Below the pieces are notes generated by a model. That model searched no databases. It was given only the letters and a program-made list of their open reading frames with translations, and was not told where the DNA came from. Shown here in pieces: positions 37,101-51,400 of a DNA stretch of 64,000 bases; position 1 is the stretch's first letter; every line of letters starts with the position of its first letter. Position numbers and translations under genes: made by a program. Source of the stretch: Fimbriosthenelais zetlandica (taxonomy: Eukaryota); NCBI GenBank assembly GCA_977030845.1, contig OZ365109.1, positions 17,608,001-17,672,000 on the forward strand. The letters run 5' to 3'.

Positions 37101-40100
37101 GCAGCCTCGGCTATAGCAGGCTCACGATATTTGGTACCGTTTACCATCTGGCAGGTCAAGGGCCTCAACCCACCAGCTCAAAGTATTAACGACCACCACG
37201 GACACTATATCACATATATTCAATTTCTCATTCAGTTTCCAAATTCTTCCAAGGTCCGACCCCCTCCTGATTAACACAAGATTTCTCAATACAGAAAAAA
37301 ATGATATTAAAAGTACGATATCTGAAGAAATCGCGATAATTGCAAAGATTGAAAGATTATTTATCTGTGATTAGCATCGTACTTTTAATAGCAAATTCAA
37401 TACTTTGATCTTTTATTAATACCAGAAATAACAGTGCAGTAAGCAGACCAATTTTCTGTTTAAATGGGTCAGAGTTCATGGCTGTCCTCCGCCATGATAC
37501 CTGTGGTTGTAGAGACATGATTAATCGGGAACAGTTGGTCTTGGATGGCTGGTACGGCCAGCATTGATGCATGCTTGATGCAGTTAAGACCGCCTTCACC
37601 TTCTATGAGTAACTCAGGAAGGAGTGGCAAGGCCAAGACAAATATTGCTTCTGGTAACACGGAGCTAAAATGCTTCATCTCAGGGTGGACATTTACATTT
37701 AAAATCTATTTAACTGAGAATGAATCCAAGGAAGGAATGTTAAAATATCAGCCTCAGGCTGGGAAATGGTTTTGCTCTCTCCTTTGTTCGGTTGCGGCAG
37801 AGCTTTGTATGGGGGTTTAAGGTGGATCCATGGTATTCAAACTGCCGTGTTCTGTCTCTTATTTTGCGACAATCTTTTGTTACAGATTTCTTTGGTTTTT
37901 GACGTTTTTTACAACACAATCTGAAGAGCCATTCGGTAATAGGTGGCCGAAATTGCCCCAAAATAGCCATTTTTCCATAGGCGCCAATAGTAATCTGGTC
38001 CCAAAAAATTCGTCTCATATTTCAAAAACGAGACGGTAAATCTTTCCAAAAACTCACCTGTGGTCTAAGGGTGTTCTAAGGGTCAACTGAGGTAATTTTG
38101 GAAAGTATCTGATAAGAATCGAGAGTACCCTAGAGCTTCCATAAGGGGTCTAGTCTTTTTGGTTGAGGTTGTTTTGAGGAGAAACGTATGGTGAATTTTC
38201 TGGCCTGGGTTCGGCTGGCTCTTGGTGATGGTGGTACCTGAGTCATCCTCATTAACCTGAGTAGGCAGGGGTTGATGGACAGGCCCTCGCTCTCCTCCGC
38301 CATACACTCACTGAACATATCACTGACAATCACCCCGTCATGATGAAAACGGCGCCGACAATTTGCCCAAATTCCCCTACCCTTACGTACGACTGTGATA
38401 AGCTATTCAATTTCCAATTCAATTCTTTATTCCGGACTCGTATGAGGTGCTAAATCTCGGGATAGATCCGTTGCTGATTGGGTCATATTTTTTTGTAATT
38501 TGTATTTATTTTTCCTGGGATATCTCGGCACAAGTGTCGGTTTTCATCTATCCCAGCTTATTTGTAAGTGTTCTCAAATGAAGTTATTATAAAAGTCAAG
38601 ATATTTCAAACATTTGTACAGAAAGACACATTTTGTATCTGGTTCATAAAGAATAATGTTTTGGACCTTTTCGGCATAAATGTCGAATGAATGAAGCGAG
38701 AAAGGAACAATTGGCCCTTGGGCCTGATTCATAATCCACTGTGGGTTTATCTAATTAGGAAACGAGGCCTGGTATCATTTCTTAATGAAAGCTGTCGACC
38801 GTTTACTTGTCTTAATCAGGCCTTAGAGTTAAATTTCATTTTACTCTAAGATCATGCCTACATGGGTGGGTGAGTTTGGGGTATCTATTAGTGGATGATT
38901 TTGTGTTCATGAAAAACCACATTTTTAATATAATATGAACCCCTGTACACTTTTGGACCTTCATAAAGAGCTTGCATGCAGGCCTCTGATTCACATAGTC
39001 ATTATCTCCCTGCTGGGATGATCAACATTGCTTTTATATTGAGCTCGCCAATCCCTCTGAGAAGGGCTTATCTCACCCACAGGTCCCTGCTGTGATCTTG
39101 ATGCACTTGATGAGGATCTACCACTCAGTCTATATGGACTCTATTTAAACTATGGTAGGGTTAGTTGGCTGCCTGATCCCCAGTTAGATCTCCTCACCTC
39201 TAATGATGTACTCGCTCTATTGGCAAGCCTTTGTGTACTTGAGTGTTGAGAATGGGGAATTTATTCGGGTTCAGTTTGAGGGCATAGTTCTAGAGTTAGA
39301 AAGCATTCCCAACAAGTTAGAAATCAGTTTCATAACCAAACTCTCACACTTTTAGAATACATGTTTATTCATGATTATGATTTTTTTACGATCTATTTAT
39401 TTAATATACAAGAAAGCGGTCACCAGACCGAACAGCTGATTGGCTAATTGCAATATAATTTTGCGAATATAAGATTTTCAACCTCTTTAAAATATGTGTA
39501 ATTGTAAAGTAAGTTAATTTCATTTAATTAATCGAACTAGAATAGCAGTACTTGGATAGTTCTAGAGATATGGGTGAGATGCCAAGAAGCTGACTTGTGA
39601 GTGATGAACTGATACATTATGAATGGTTTCACTGCCACAGTTCCATACACAGCCTGAATTTGATTGTACCAGTTCCTCTTTAGGCTAAGTTTAGCACATA
39701 CCTTGGTCAAGGCTTAAAACCATCATTCATTATTTATTGTGCTTTAAGCCTCCCACCAACTCTCCAAACCAGTTCAAAGGCATGCTCGTTTGTATGGGAA
39801 GCAGCCGTCCCTGTATTTGGCTGGGCTTTCCTTTGGACTATCCTTAGTGGACTTCCATCTACTGTACAATAGTTTACACCTGGGAATACCTGACGTACTT
39901 GGCCCTCGAAAAACCTCTAACACACCTCCTGTGCCATACCACAACCACCCAAATCCACCCCCACCCAACCAACCAACCACTCCTCACACAACCTAAAACC
40001 CAAAACCCAAACTACCACCACATGCACTTACAGCAATAACACCCAAGGACAAAATAAACCATTGTCCTTTTTGGATGGTTTTCAGGTTGGCCGCATCACG

Positions 40101-43100
40101 CCCACCCGCATCCCGATCATGTAAAGCTATTCCATGTTATCGCCTTTTGATGAATATCTCTGTGTAAAATGGGTGCGGGAATCCATCATGGCATCTGTGC
40201 ATAATTCATGGAAACAGATGCCAGTGGTAGGTTTCATCTGTTTTGCATACATCAATGCAGGTTAACTGGCAGTCAAGGGCCGAATATACCAGAGATATTT
40301 TTTAATTACAATAATATATTAAATTGATTTTAAATACAACACCACCAGACAGAGTTTCTTCTGCAACTAATAATGTTTTTTATGCTGTCTGGTGTTCAGC
40401 TGTGCTGCATCTGTTTTACAGAACACTGGATGTTTCTCTCCTTGAATGATCATTGTTAACTCATGGATAAATTAACACAGATCGATTAATTATATCCTAT
40501 CAACATATTCTCATATTATCCAATATGAAGCCCATAGAATGTCAAGGCCATGCTTATAAATGTAACGCTAAATCCATTAAATGATAATCAAATGTTTAAA
40601 AGGTTATATGTTAAAAGGCGGAATGTCATGAGTTGGCAATTGATTAATTGCTGCGGCCAGATTGCTACATGGAGTATGTATACATATATATGATATCTGT
40701 TCATTATGTCCATGAATATAACTTCCTTGTACAACATATTATTGGTCTGGGTACTGTTCATTATTTGATACATTTTACCTCAGATTTTCTCTCGAGATGT
40801 GAACTCTATTCCAAATTTCATATCCATGCAATTTGGATGCATGCAAGATCATTGATAATACTTTGCAAAAAAAACAGATTTATTTAATTACATTTTATTA
40901 ATACCTGTAGTTGTAGATATGTCGTTGAATGTAGCTTTGATTTATATCTGATACTTATATTTAATTCCTGTCTTTATCATGCGTGTTGGGTGTAATTTTC
41001 CACGCCTCAAGCCATTTATCTGGGAAGCATGGATCATGTTTTCACACTTTGCCCATTAAGTAAATTGGATGATTGATCAATTTTCACCGCCATTACTATT
41101 TTCACATTTTTCCACCTACAGGGAAGGAGGAGGAGGAGGAGGCTAGAAGGCTGGAGAGGCCAGGAATAGTAGGTTGTGTTGATTAAGTACTGCCACCTCC
41201 CGCCAGAAAACCAGTCTCAATGGTGTGACTTAATCAGGGACAGCAAGCCAGGAATAAGCCAGTCCATTCTTCTCTGCTACTACACAGGTACGGTCTTATA
41301 AATCTATCTGCTAAGTATCCTATATATTTTCCAGAAATATTTAAGATTCTGAGAGCCCCGTTCATAATCTATTTTTTAAGCTCTAGTCTTTAAGTTTCAT
41401 GAACGGGCTCCATGCTGGTTTCTCAATCACTGAACATTTTATTTTTTTTATTTTTTTTTTAATGCTTCATGTTTGTACTGAATATGTGAACTACAGTTTT
41501 CCAATAGTTGAGGCATTGCCTATAACAGGTCTCAAATAGAATTAAAAAACCTATCAAAACTTTAAAAACTATAAAAACTGACTGTTAAACAACTGACATA
41601 AAACACAAACTCGTCTATAGGAAGCTCAATATCGATTATAATTTGAGCTCACTGGTATTTCTCTCAGCGCTGGAAGAATATTCTCAATGCTGACTGATGG
41701 CTGTAATCAAAGGAAGGCCAGCCTGCTTCTTGCCACCGACTCACTTTCTCTGTTGGGTTTTTGCCTCTAAAATGACATTAATCCACCAGATTTATGCCCC
41801 AGCCTTGCAAGCCAATACTATGCAAACTATTGTTGGGAACTCCAGGCTCCGTCCCGGCTAAAAATTCACTTAATATGCCCGAGATATTTGATAAAGGTTA
41901 AACAAACGAGCCGGGGGTGTCTGGAGGGGGCAGGGGTGTGGAGTGGACATCCCTAGTGATAGATCGGATGGATGGATTCATGACTCTGTCCCCTGCCCTT
42001 CCACCCGTCCTCCATTTATCATGGAAGCTCCTAATCCGATTGTCATATGAGGAAACCCCTCCATGCACTGCCCTGCCTAACCCACTCCCAGAGTCCGCAC
42101 CATACATGCGGGTAGGTCTGGGGTCAGGTTCTCCCACCCTGACTGGCCCTCTGGTCCCTACCACAGACAGACTCCGGCTTCCATCAGTCAATCATCCAGA
42201 CTTGGTCTAGCCAGTCAAGTCCTGGAACTTTTTAATGGAATTCCCATACATGTGCTCGTTTCCCAGAATATTCTGGAAATTATTATAAGTCAGTTGTGCA
42301 TTAAAATATTCTGAATAGTTATCATTTTGTGCCGACTATATGGAATAATTTGAATATACTCAAAATTGAAAAATATGCTAATTTGAAATAGCTCTTGTAA
42401 AACATTTCATAAAGTGTGGACAGACTGAAAACCAAATATTAAAAGAATTGGACAAGTCTGGATAGGCATGTGAATTGGTGATGATAAGTTGATAGGGTAG
42501 CGGGGTCGGAGAATGCACTGGATTGGAAACAGGCCTATGGGAGGCCCCTCTCTAGCTTTAATATTTGCCCACACCCAGGGTGCTAAAATGACTGATGAAT
42601 TTTTATTATTTGGCACGATCATAGTCATCAATGTTGAGTTAGTCCTCACTGCTGGAGACCAAGTGGATCTCGGCCCTCAGACCGGGTTTTCCTACCAATG
42701 GGACATCTCTGAAATGGCTGCCATACAAGGGGTCAAATTATTGGGACACTCCATCATCTATAATGTAATGCGTTCATCCATGCTATTATCCATGATTTTC
42801 AGGGATATATGACGGTGGATCATAGTATTAGGGAAATTGGTATATAATTTAACTTCATATGAAATTAAACACCCATAGGGCCTAAATATTGGTATTATAC
42901 TATCAAATTTAATTTCGTCCCCATAGGGTCTAGATATTGCGATTTATGGTAATATAACATTGCCCTGCCCATGAATTCTATGTATTAGCCCAAGTGAAAA
43001 AATGAAGTCACATTTTGTGAGAGATGCTGATCTTCAATGAATGGTATGTATTTACATAAAATAGAGTTGGGCACTGATTGTGCACGTGTCTCACCGCCAC

Positions 43101-43951
43101 CTTGGGTCATCACCCAACCCTGACAGCTAGATCAGATTTAACACGTCCAGACGGCCAAGGATCCAGCCTGTCTGCTCTCACTGTTACAAACGGCGCCCTA
43201 ACTTCACCACTCTACCCCGTGCACCTCCATTTGCCAGACAAACTCAATATCCTTCCCCCAGGTCGTGGTATTTAGAAAGCTGAATCAAATAATTAAACCT
43301 CTCAGCACCTTTGGGGAACGTGTGAAGTGGGGGCTGTCTTTGCCTAGTTTTATCATTGGAACGGGGACTTGTCTATTTCTGTTAGAGAAAAAACTCAGAT
43401 AAGTGACAAAATTTTATACCAACTCCATATCACTAGCGCAGTATAGCCTATATGCTTAGGGTGGGGTGGGATGGTAAGGATGGTGGTGGTGGTATGGGAT
43501 GGTGATGGTATATGGGTGGGGTGGGGGCATTCTTATCTAAGGAGCTGTGAACATCTGCCGCCAGGGACCAGCAGTCACAGAGGCGGGCAATACTTCTAGA
43601 CGGACTGATAATCTAGAAGGTGTCGAGTGGTTGAATAATGGGCTTCGTGCCATGAAACTTACAGGCGGTGGAAAGATCTGTTTATGAAAGTTATGACGGG
43701 TTTATGCTCTTGGCCCTTATCCGAGAATTTAATGAAATACTCCTGTCATTCGCTCCCTATATAAAAGTGATTTCTTATTTTGTAAGAATTTTGTTTTATG
43801 ATAAGGTAGTGAGAGGAAGGGAGGACGATGTAGTAAGGGCATTGGAGGCAAAGGAAAGAAAGGAGAAGGAAGGAATGTGAGAACACTGGGATGAAAAGAG
43901 AATGAAATAAAGAACTTCTGGGATATTTTTAAGCCTTCTTGTATGAGTGAT

Positions 43952-43987
43952 GAAAGAAAGAAAGAAAGAAAGAAAGAAGAAAGAAAG
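43952..43987. repeat. (GAAA)n microsatellite within a purine-rich tract
   Basis: Read directly from the sequence. Confidence 0.85.
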
Positions 43988-44266
43988 AATGAGAAGGAAA
44001 GAAAGGGAAGGAGACAAAGGGAAGGAAAGAAATATTAAAAAAGAAAGTGATGGGTTAATGGGGAGAGACAGGATCGCAGTTGCCAGTATGAGAACAAAAT
44101 TTCATTCACCCATAACAATTTGGGATTAGATAGTTTTCCGCTTTTACCCTTGGCTTCACATTGGGTCTGGCGGTGATGATGAATCTCCATTGTTATATTG
44201 GCGTTAGACGGCGTGTAGGCTGTGGATATAATGATAAGAGACTGATAAGACGCCCTCATGTTACGC

Positions 44267-44304
44267 ATCTGTCAAATTTACAGATCTGTCAAATTTACAG
44301 ATCT
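44267..44304. repeat. 17-bp tandem repeat, 2 copies plus a partial
   Basis: ATCTGTCAAATTTACAG at 44267 and 44284. Confidence 0.85.
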
Positions 44305-47300
44305 ATCTTCTGTCAAGGAATCGTCGGATCCGTCTGGTGATCTATGGTCGACCTATTTCCAAATAGATAGCACGTAGACAGATGAGGCTTATTGAAAACT
44401 AAAGTTTGTTTTTAACTTCCTGATTTCTATGATGTCTCAGGCTTAAATTGAATTATCTTATTTAATGCTAGATTATTATATCATTGTGATTTTGATGGTG
44501 ACAAAATATGATAAATCTTAGAATGGGAGTCTGAGGTAAATTTTACATTTTTAAAATTTAATTTGAATATTAGCAAATGTTAATTTAAATTACTACATTA
44601 ATGTAATGAGGAAAAATCTAATTATGATTTAATCCCATGCAGTAAATTAGAAAATCTTTAAATGTAAATATTTCTATGGAACCATGCATGAGTCCATGAC
44701 ATTTTCAGCTGTTCAGTTGATTCCAATATTTGCCTTCCCCTACTGCAAGGATGTGGAAGTGCACTAAAACCCAGTCCTGTTTGGTCTCTTCTGCGCCTAT
44801 GGATTCATGACAATATAATCATACGGGTAGCATTTAATGTGGAGAAATAATGAAAGTCGGTTTATGTTAGCGGGGAGACCTATCCTGTATGTATGAGGCC
44901 ATCATATATATCTGCCTCTTTTCATCTCTGGGGATTTGTTCAGTCTTAAACACCATTAACATAGATCCACATTCCTAGGCGATATTTTCCCAAGTCCATC
45001 CCCCAGAAACTCGCCGTGGGGAATCAGATCTTTCTATGTCTTTGCTGCTAGTTTCCTCTTTGGATTACCAAGACATTTGTGCATTTATATCCCGAATTTA
45101 AGCATATTTAAGAAAACGGAAACTGAAAATCATTTCTCGGATATTACCATCCCCATTACCATTGGGTTCTGCATCACTTTCAAAGTTTCCTTTTAAAACC
45201 CACCTAAGACCTCCACCCCCTCCCCTCCCTTTCTATCCTCCACCTCCTCCTCTTTTTGTCAGACAAACAGCCGTGTTTTCAGAGGCCGAATTACATTGAC
45301 ATAGCTCCATGATAAAACCCGCCTCTATGGGCCGCGCGAGGGCCGTCTGTCTGCAGAACGCCCACCATAAAGTAGTATAGGCAAAGTGGCGTTTACGGCT
45401 TGTCCTGGCAGCAACTTAAGTAGCACTGCCTGAGTGACTTCCCTTGTCGGGTCTCGGGTCACTAGTGTTTGGTGCCAGTCCTCTCCTCTGGCCCTGCTGC
45501 TGATATGCTATGACAATTATGGATAACATCATTCCATTTATGTCCTCCTCCTTCCCCCTACTTCTCCACATTAATATGCTTTTGTAGTGCAGCAATGCCT
45601 GGATCCTTACCCACGCTTATATAAGGCAGAACAATGGAAAATTTTGTTTTATATCCTGCCTCGAAAAATGCATTAATTTTTAAGCCCATAGCAAAATTAT
45701 TATTTTTGCCCATGCACATTTTTGCTAGTACTGCTGGAATATTTGGGATATCAGAGGTCAGCCATGTCTCCCACTGTCTATGGTGAGAAGCATGTAAAAG
45801 AACCAATGCTGCCGTTCGAGAATAGTACTTCACAAGTGTGTCGAGAGCGTTTTTCCTCTCGTCCTGACATAGCTGGAAAATTGCTGACTGGATATAAAAC
45901 AATCTACAAACAAACAAAACAAAAAACTTAAATCAATTATTTTTTAATGATATCCCCACACTTCACTTGTTGGGACATGTTCCTAGTGTTGTGGCAAGTT
46001 CTGAATACCCGTCATAATAACTGAAAAAATTGTGAAAAGTGTCGTTAAACAACAGTTCTGAATACAATATTATTTTATTTTTGCCAGGTTCCTCCAGCGA
46101 CCTGGAACCCAAGCCATTTTTAGTCCACCAACTATCTCATGTTACAGGAAACAGACCATATTTAGTCCGACTCTGGGCCTGTGTGTGATCTGCCGTGTAG
46201 TTGAATGGGATGGTGTTTTGGATGTGTAGAGGGTGTTATTTACTCCTATCTCTCCATGCCACAGTGTAATCTGGGCCTGGGCTGACGTTCCGCGGGTGTG
46301 TGACGGGTGCGATAATACAGTCCTCCGTGGTCTCGTTATGGCAGGCAGCAGTGGACTCTTGAGGGACTACATTTAATACCAGGTCCCAGTAGTCCATGTA
46401 TATTAACCAGGATTACAGTCGTGGGACCCGTCTCGTAGGCACCACTGTCTGCTACTTAATTAATGTAAGTGGTGCAAGTTATTGGATCTGGGAATTTTTT
46501 ATATTTTTTTGGGGTCTTTAATCCTGTCGTCAGCCCACATGTATGAAAGTGGAATCAGTTATTGTTTATTCTGTGCATAAAAATATGTGTGGGCTGGAAT
46601 TTAAAAAAGGAGTACTGCTTTAGTGAGTTTTAAATCAGGAAAAGTTATCCCAATGGACTTAAAAAAGTTAGAAATATATTTAGCTCTGTTGGAGTAGAAG
46701 ATAGTAAATGTTATATCTAAAATTCTTTGACAGAGAAGAGTCTCTTGGACATCTTGTTCAAATTCATGATGCAAATTCATTTGTACTAATTTATAATGAA
46801 GAAAATTAAAGGCAAAACTATACGATTCCATACAATTTATTCATGAACATATCTTCCACAATGGGATTTGATGTTAGCGTTTGTATTAGATTCATTGTAT
46901 TATATTCAACTGCATGTCAATCAGCACTCATCCAAAGAGACTCTATAAAATAAAGATAATTATAGCATCGATATTCAAACATTGAAGCAGACCGTGATAT
47001 TTGATAATTACTTATATACTGATGCTGAGCTCCATGCAAGCTTTTGAATTTTTCCCAGGGGGCTAGCTGTTGCCAACAGAAAATAGCTATTATCCCATGC
47101 ATAGACATCGCATTGGGATCTTTTTCTTAATTATGAAAGAGGTCCCTGCCTTTCATCCCTCAGTTTTTGATAATAGATATTATAATATTTATATTCTATA
47201 GAACATTAATATAGATCTATATTTATTGTCCTGAGTCATGATATATTCCAGCTCAGATGATTTGACAGTTGAGGGTAATGAGAATATGACATATACTTGA

Positions 47301-47495
47301 TACTTTAAGCTAAAATAATGAATCCCATATTCAGTCTCATTATGGTATGAATGCAATCGACCCAATACAATCAGTCATTAACCTTAAGTTAGCTACATGT
47401 ATAGCAATCATTTGTTCCAATCAAATATCTGACGTTATAACTAGAGTATGAACGCTATTTTCAACCTTATGCTCAGATGGACTATGGATGTAATC

Positions 47496-47730
47496 AACAT
47501 TTCAGTCAGCTGTCAAAATTTCAGTCAGCTGTTAAAATGCCAGTCAGCTGATGTTAGTGAGCAGTTAACATTTCAGTCAGCTGTTAACGTACGAGTTAGC
47601 AGTCAATATTCCACTCAGCTGTCAAAATTCCACTCAGCTGTCAAAATTTCAGTCAGCTGGCAACTTTCAAGTCAGCTGTCGACTTTCCAGTTTGCTGTCA
47701 GAATTCCAGTCAGCTGGCAACATTCCAGTT
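47496..47730. repeat. Degenerate 19-bp minisatellite (about TCAGTCAGCTGTCAAAATT)
   Basis: CAGCTG at 47507, 47526, 47545, 47578, 47616, 47635, 47654, 47673 and 47711, mostly 19 bp apart. Confidence 0.9.
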
Positions 47731-48468
47731 ACGATAATGACGCGGATGCAACCATGACACTGCTCCCATGAATTTGATGTTACACTAAATGGTGCAAATG
47801 CAGTCAACCTTACAATGTTACGAGTATAGAGACCATGTTTTTTTTTCGTGTGCGTTTATCGTGCGGCATCCTGCATGACCTCAGTCATTCCAGCCTAATC
47901 TACATAAAGTCAACTAGTAATACCAAGATGCTACGGACAGTCGGAAATAGTTGTCCCCCAAGCCCCAACGTCTGCCTAAGATGATCGAAGGATTAGAGAA
48001 GATAATGATACTGAACATACTACTTCAGTTTGGTATTGCATTTAATCGCACTTGGCCACTGCGTTCATTTTGCGGTCGCCTACACCGGGGCCCTTTCCGC
48101 ACCACAGAGCTAATGCCCTCTGGTGGCATTTTAAGTCAGGGGAAGAGGAAATGGGGATGCTGGTTTCCATGGCAACAGAGGACTGAGGAGAGACATGGAG
48201 CATTGCTGACGCCGCCTTGTGATTGGTCTGTCGCCTCTCAGTCCCTTGCTACCTCACTGCCCCCAGACGTCGCCCCTATAGAGATAACCACCCCTCTCCT
48301 CAATAGCCCAGTCAGAGTAGAACTGAGTCAGGGACTTTCCCTTCAAAGAGAACAACCTTCCATTTAACTTAAGACATGTGAATTATTATACATTGGATTT
48401 AATGAGCATGTGGGATATTTTCTATAAACAAGGATCCTGTTTGTGTATTATATAATCTCCAGAAAGTC

Positions 48469-51400
48469 CTAACCATTGTAACGTTGGCAAGAGGCACAAC
48501 AGAAGCTCCTATAGAGAGGCAAGTGGCAGTTCTTGGCTTTGGCCATTTTACAGAAAAAGGATTTGTCCACAGTGCATTTTCTGTCATTTTTTTGTGTCAC
48601 TGACGGAGCAGGTGCCTTGGATCTATCGACCTGCTTCCGAGGTCTTGTGGTTGGTTTTGGGGTAATGCGGGGTCTTCTTGTTCTTAATCTTCTGGTGACA
48701 GGTTGTGTTGTGGTTGTTTCTGGTGTTGTTGTTGTTGTTGTTGCTGGTGCTGTTGTAGTAGTTGTGGTTGTTGGTATGGATGTAGTGCTGGTGGTAGTGG
48801 TTCTTCTAGGCCTTGTCACTCTCTTTCTGGGTGTGGTTGGTATGTGAGTTGTGGTTGGTTTTGGGGTTGTTGTAGTCGGTTTTGGGGTTGTTGGTTGAGT
48901 TGTTACAGTTGTGTGTATCACCGGGGTTGGACGGGTTGTCTTTGGTCTACGTCGCCGTGTCGGTCTTGGCCTTCTACGTCTAGTTGGTGTTGGGGTTGTT
49001 GTAGTGGGTGTTGTTGAAGTTGTTGTCTTGAAAGTCATTATTTTGGTAGCTGCTTCTGGTCGATTTGCTGAGAAAAAAAGGAAGTCTTTATTTAATGTGA
49101 CTTCAAGTTAGCAGGAATTATTAAAAGCATTTGATTCGTACTCATTATTTCGACCTTAGTATTAATATGATAACGAAATGTACATATTCATCTTTCATAT
49201 TGTCTACACTCTAGAACTACTTCAAAAATAGCCTTAGGTTGAAATGTATTGGAAAGATTTACACATTTGTGTCTATTTTACCAAGCTGAGCTAGGTGACC
49301 TTGGAGAATACATCTTTAACTCTTCCTTTTCCTGAGACAGTTTTATATACCACAGTTTATCTGGAGTTATCTCAGGTCATTGAAAAAAATTAGAGAGGTT
49401 CTGTAACACTCACCTCAACAGGGGTTTTACATTCACTATACCTATTAACTACCTGAGGGGCTTCGGCATCATTTAAAGAGTATGTCAAATTGATCTAGAA
49501 AGATGTACACTTCAAACTTGACCTTTATATGTTACTTAATCTTTTGGATATTGATCCAACCAATTCTCCACCGAGGTGTTTCTACAGCAGTGTTAAAAGT
49601 CTTAAAAAGGTTGTGGGAAATTTAAGGCCTTAAAAAGTCTTAATTTTCGGCCTTTTTAGTCTAAAAATCTTTTAAAGTATTAAATATGTTGACGTCATTG
49701 TAGACGATACTACTGACGATTTGTGGATTTAAGTCTTAAAAATTTCATCATCTCAGAACCGCAGGAACCGTGTACAGTACAAAACTACGAATATTGCCAC
49801 TACAAAGATCTCCTTCCACTTCAGATACCAGTACATACCTGTACTTGTATTCTTAGATAATTGTCTTGGCCCAGGTGAGAACCTCTCTGGCCGTGTCCTC
49901 GGAAAGGACTTTGACTTTATGCGAGTACAAAACCATAAGACATGTAGAGTAACAGGTGACAGTGATGAGCCTGCTGTCAATCAGGCTCACCTGCTCCAGC
50001 CCCTCTCACCCTCGTACCTGCTCTAGGTATGTGTGCCCATTCACTCACCATAGAGCACCGGGAGCTAAACCCTTACATCCCTCCACTATACATTTATACA
50101 TTTCTCTCCATCTCTCTGCTCTTTTCCTCTGAACTCTGCCTCTTCTCTCTGGTCTGCCAGTTCTCTCCCCCTCCCTCTCTCGCTGCCTCTGTTCTCTTTC
50201 TACCTCTGCTTTCTCTCGTTCTCCCATTCCCTCTCTCTCATTCTATCTCGCTCTCTGGTCTTTCTGCCCCCCTCTCTCTCACTCCCCCTTTCTCTCATTC
50301 TATCTCACCCTCTGATCTTTCAGCCTCTGCTCCCTCTTCCCTCTCTTTCTCTCTCCTCTCTCTCTCTCGCTCTCTCACTCTCCCTCTACCTCCCCCCTCT
50401 CTCTGCCACCACCTCCTCTACTGAGCTGCTCTCTTCCTCACCCCCACCCTCCCCTCTCGGCTCGGGCTCTCCCCAGCAGCATATACCTCAAACACGTTAA
50501 ACATACGGAGGGACAGGAGTTCTTGCCCTCGAGGCTAGAATGTCAGTTCATCTTGTTAATAACCCTCTGACAGTTGAACACATTGGGGCTTGTTGCCAGG
50601 CTTTAACCCGTCAAGGCCTTTGTGCACAAACACATTACCCACGAGGTGTGTATACATGCTGTATTTATACCTTGTATTGTGTGAGCCACGTGTGTGATGT
50701 GTATATATATATAGGAAGCAGGGATATCTGAACTGATAAGATCTGATAACACAGCAAGGTACATATCAATACAGAGGTGAGTACCTGCACTCCTTCCTGC
50801 ATGGAGCTGGTTTTCTTGAGAAATTAATATTTTTCAACCAACTTATTGATCTAAAATTGTTTGGGTAATTGCCTTATAAATCAGAGATTGCACAGATAAT
50901 AAGTTAACTACTAGGTCTATATACTATGGGAAGAAAGCTTGTATTTTGGAAAGCACTGACGGTGACTCCCATGGAATAACCTATTATTGAACTAAAATTG
51001 GCTGGGTAATTGCCTTATAAATCAGAGATTGCACAGATAATAAGTTAACTACTGGGCTTATATACTACATGGAAAGAGAGCTTATATTTTGGGAATCACT
51101 CCCATGGATTATAAAACACATTTATTGCCTCCGATTTCAGGGATCATGAAAACCCCTCCTTGCTTGTCATCATCATGATAAAAATGTTATCGGAACTTTA
51201 TTTTTCTTTCTTCTAACATTCTCGCTACTTGATTGTCTATTTATCATGCTCCCTCCTGGCCAGATTTGTACATCAGATATAGGAGGTTCATATTAATGTA
51301 ATGGTACTTTTTCTTGCTTGTACAAACTGGTTCTCGCCAGACCCACATCGGAGAAGGCCATGATAAAAACCTTGCCCTTTCTTGTAAATCAGATCTGCCA

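Noticed and set aside
41898-42210. Overlapping 97-aa ORFs on both strands in a GC-rich patch
   Set aside because: No usable splice acceptor in frame and no recognisable domain; GC richness accounts for the lack of stops.
45558-48367. ORFs at 45558-45917, 47448-47771 and 47951-48367
   Set aside because: No recognisable motifs. One is a translation of the 19-bp minisatellite and another lies antisense to the probable ADAMTS 3'UTR.
48533-49111. Val-rich and Cys-rich plus-strand ORFs
   Set aside because: They are antisense readings of the ACA/ACC-rich mucin stalk of the ADAMTS exon.
49605-49745. AAAAGTCTTAAA-rich patch, with similar patches near 10810-10895 and 41540-41580, resembling MITE interiors
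   Set aside because: Terminal inverted repeats and target-site duplications could not be delimited, so no mobile element is called.
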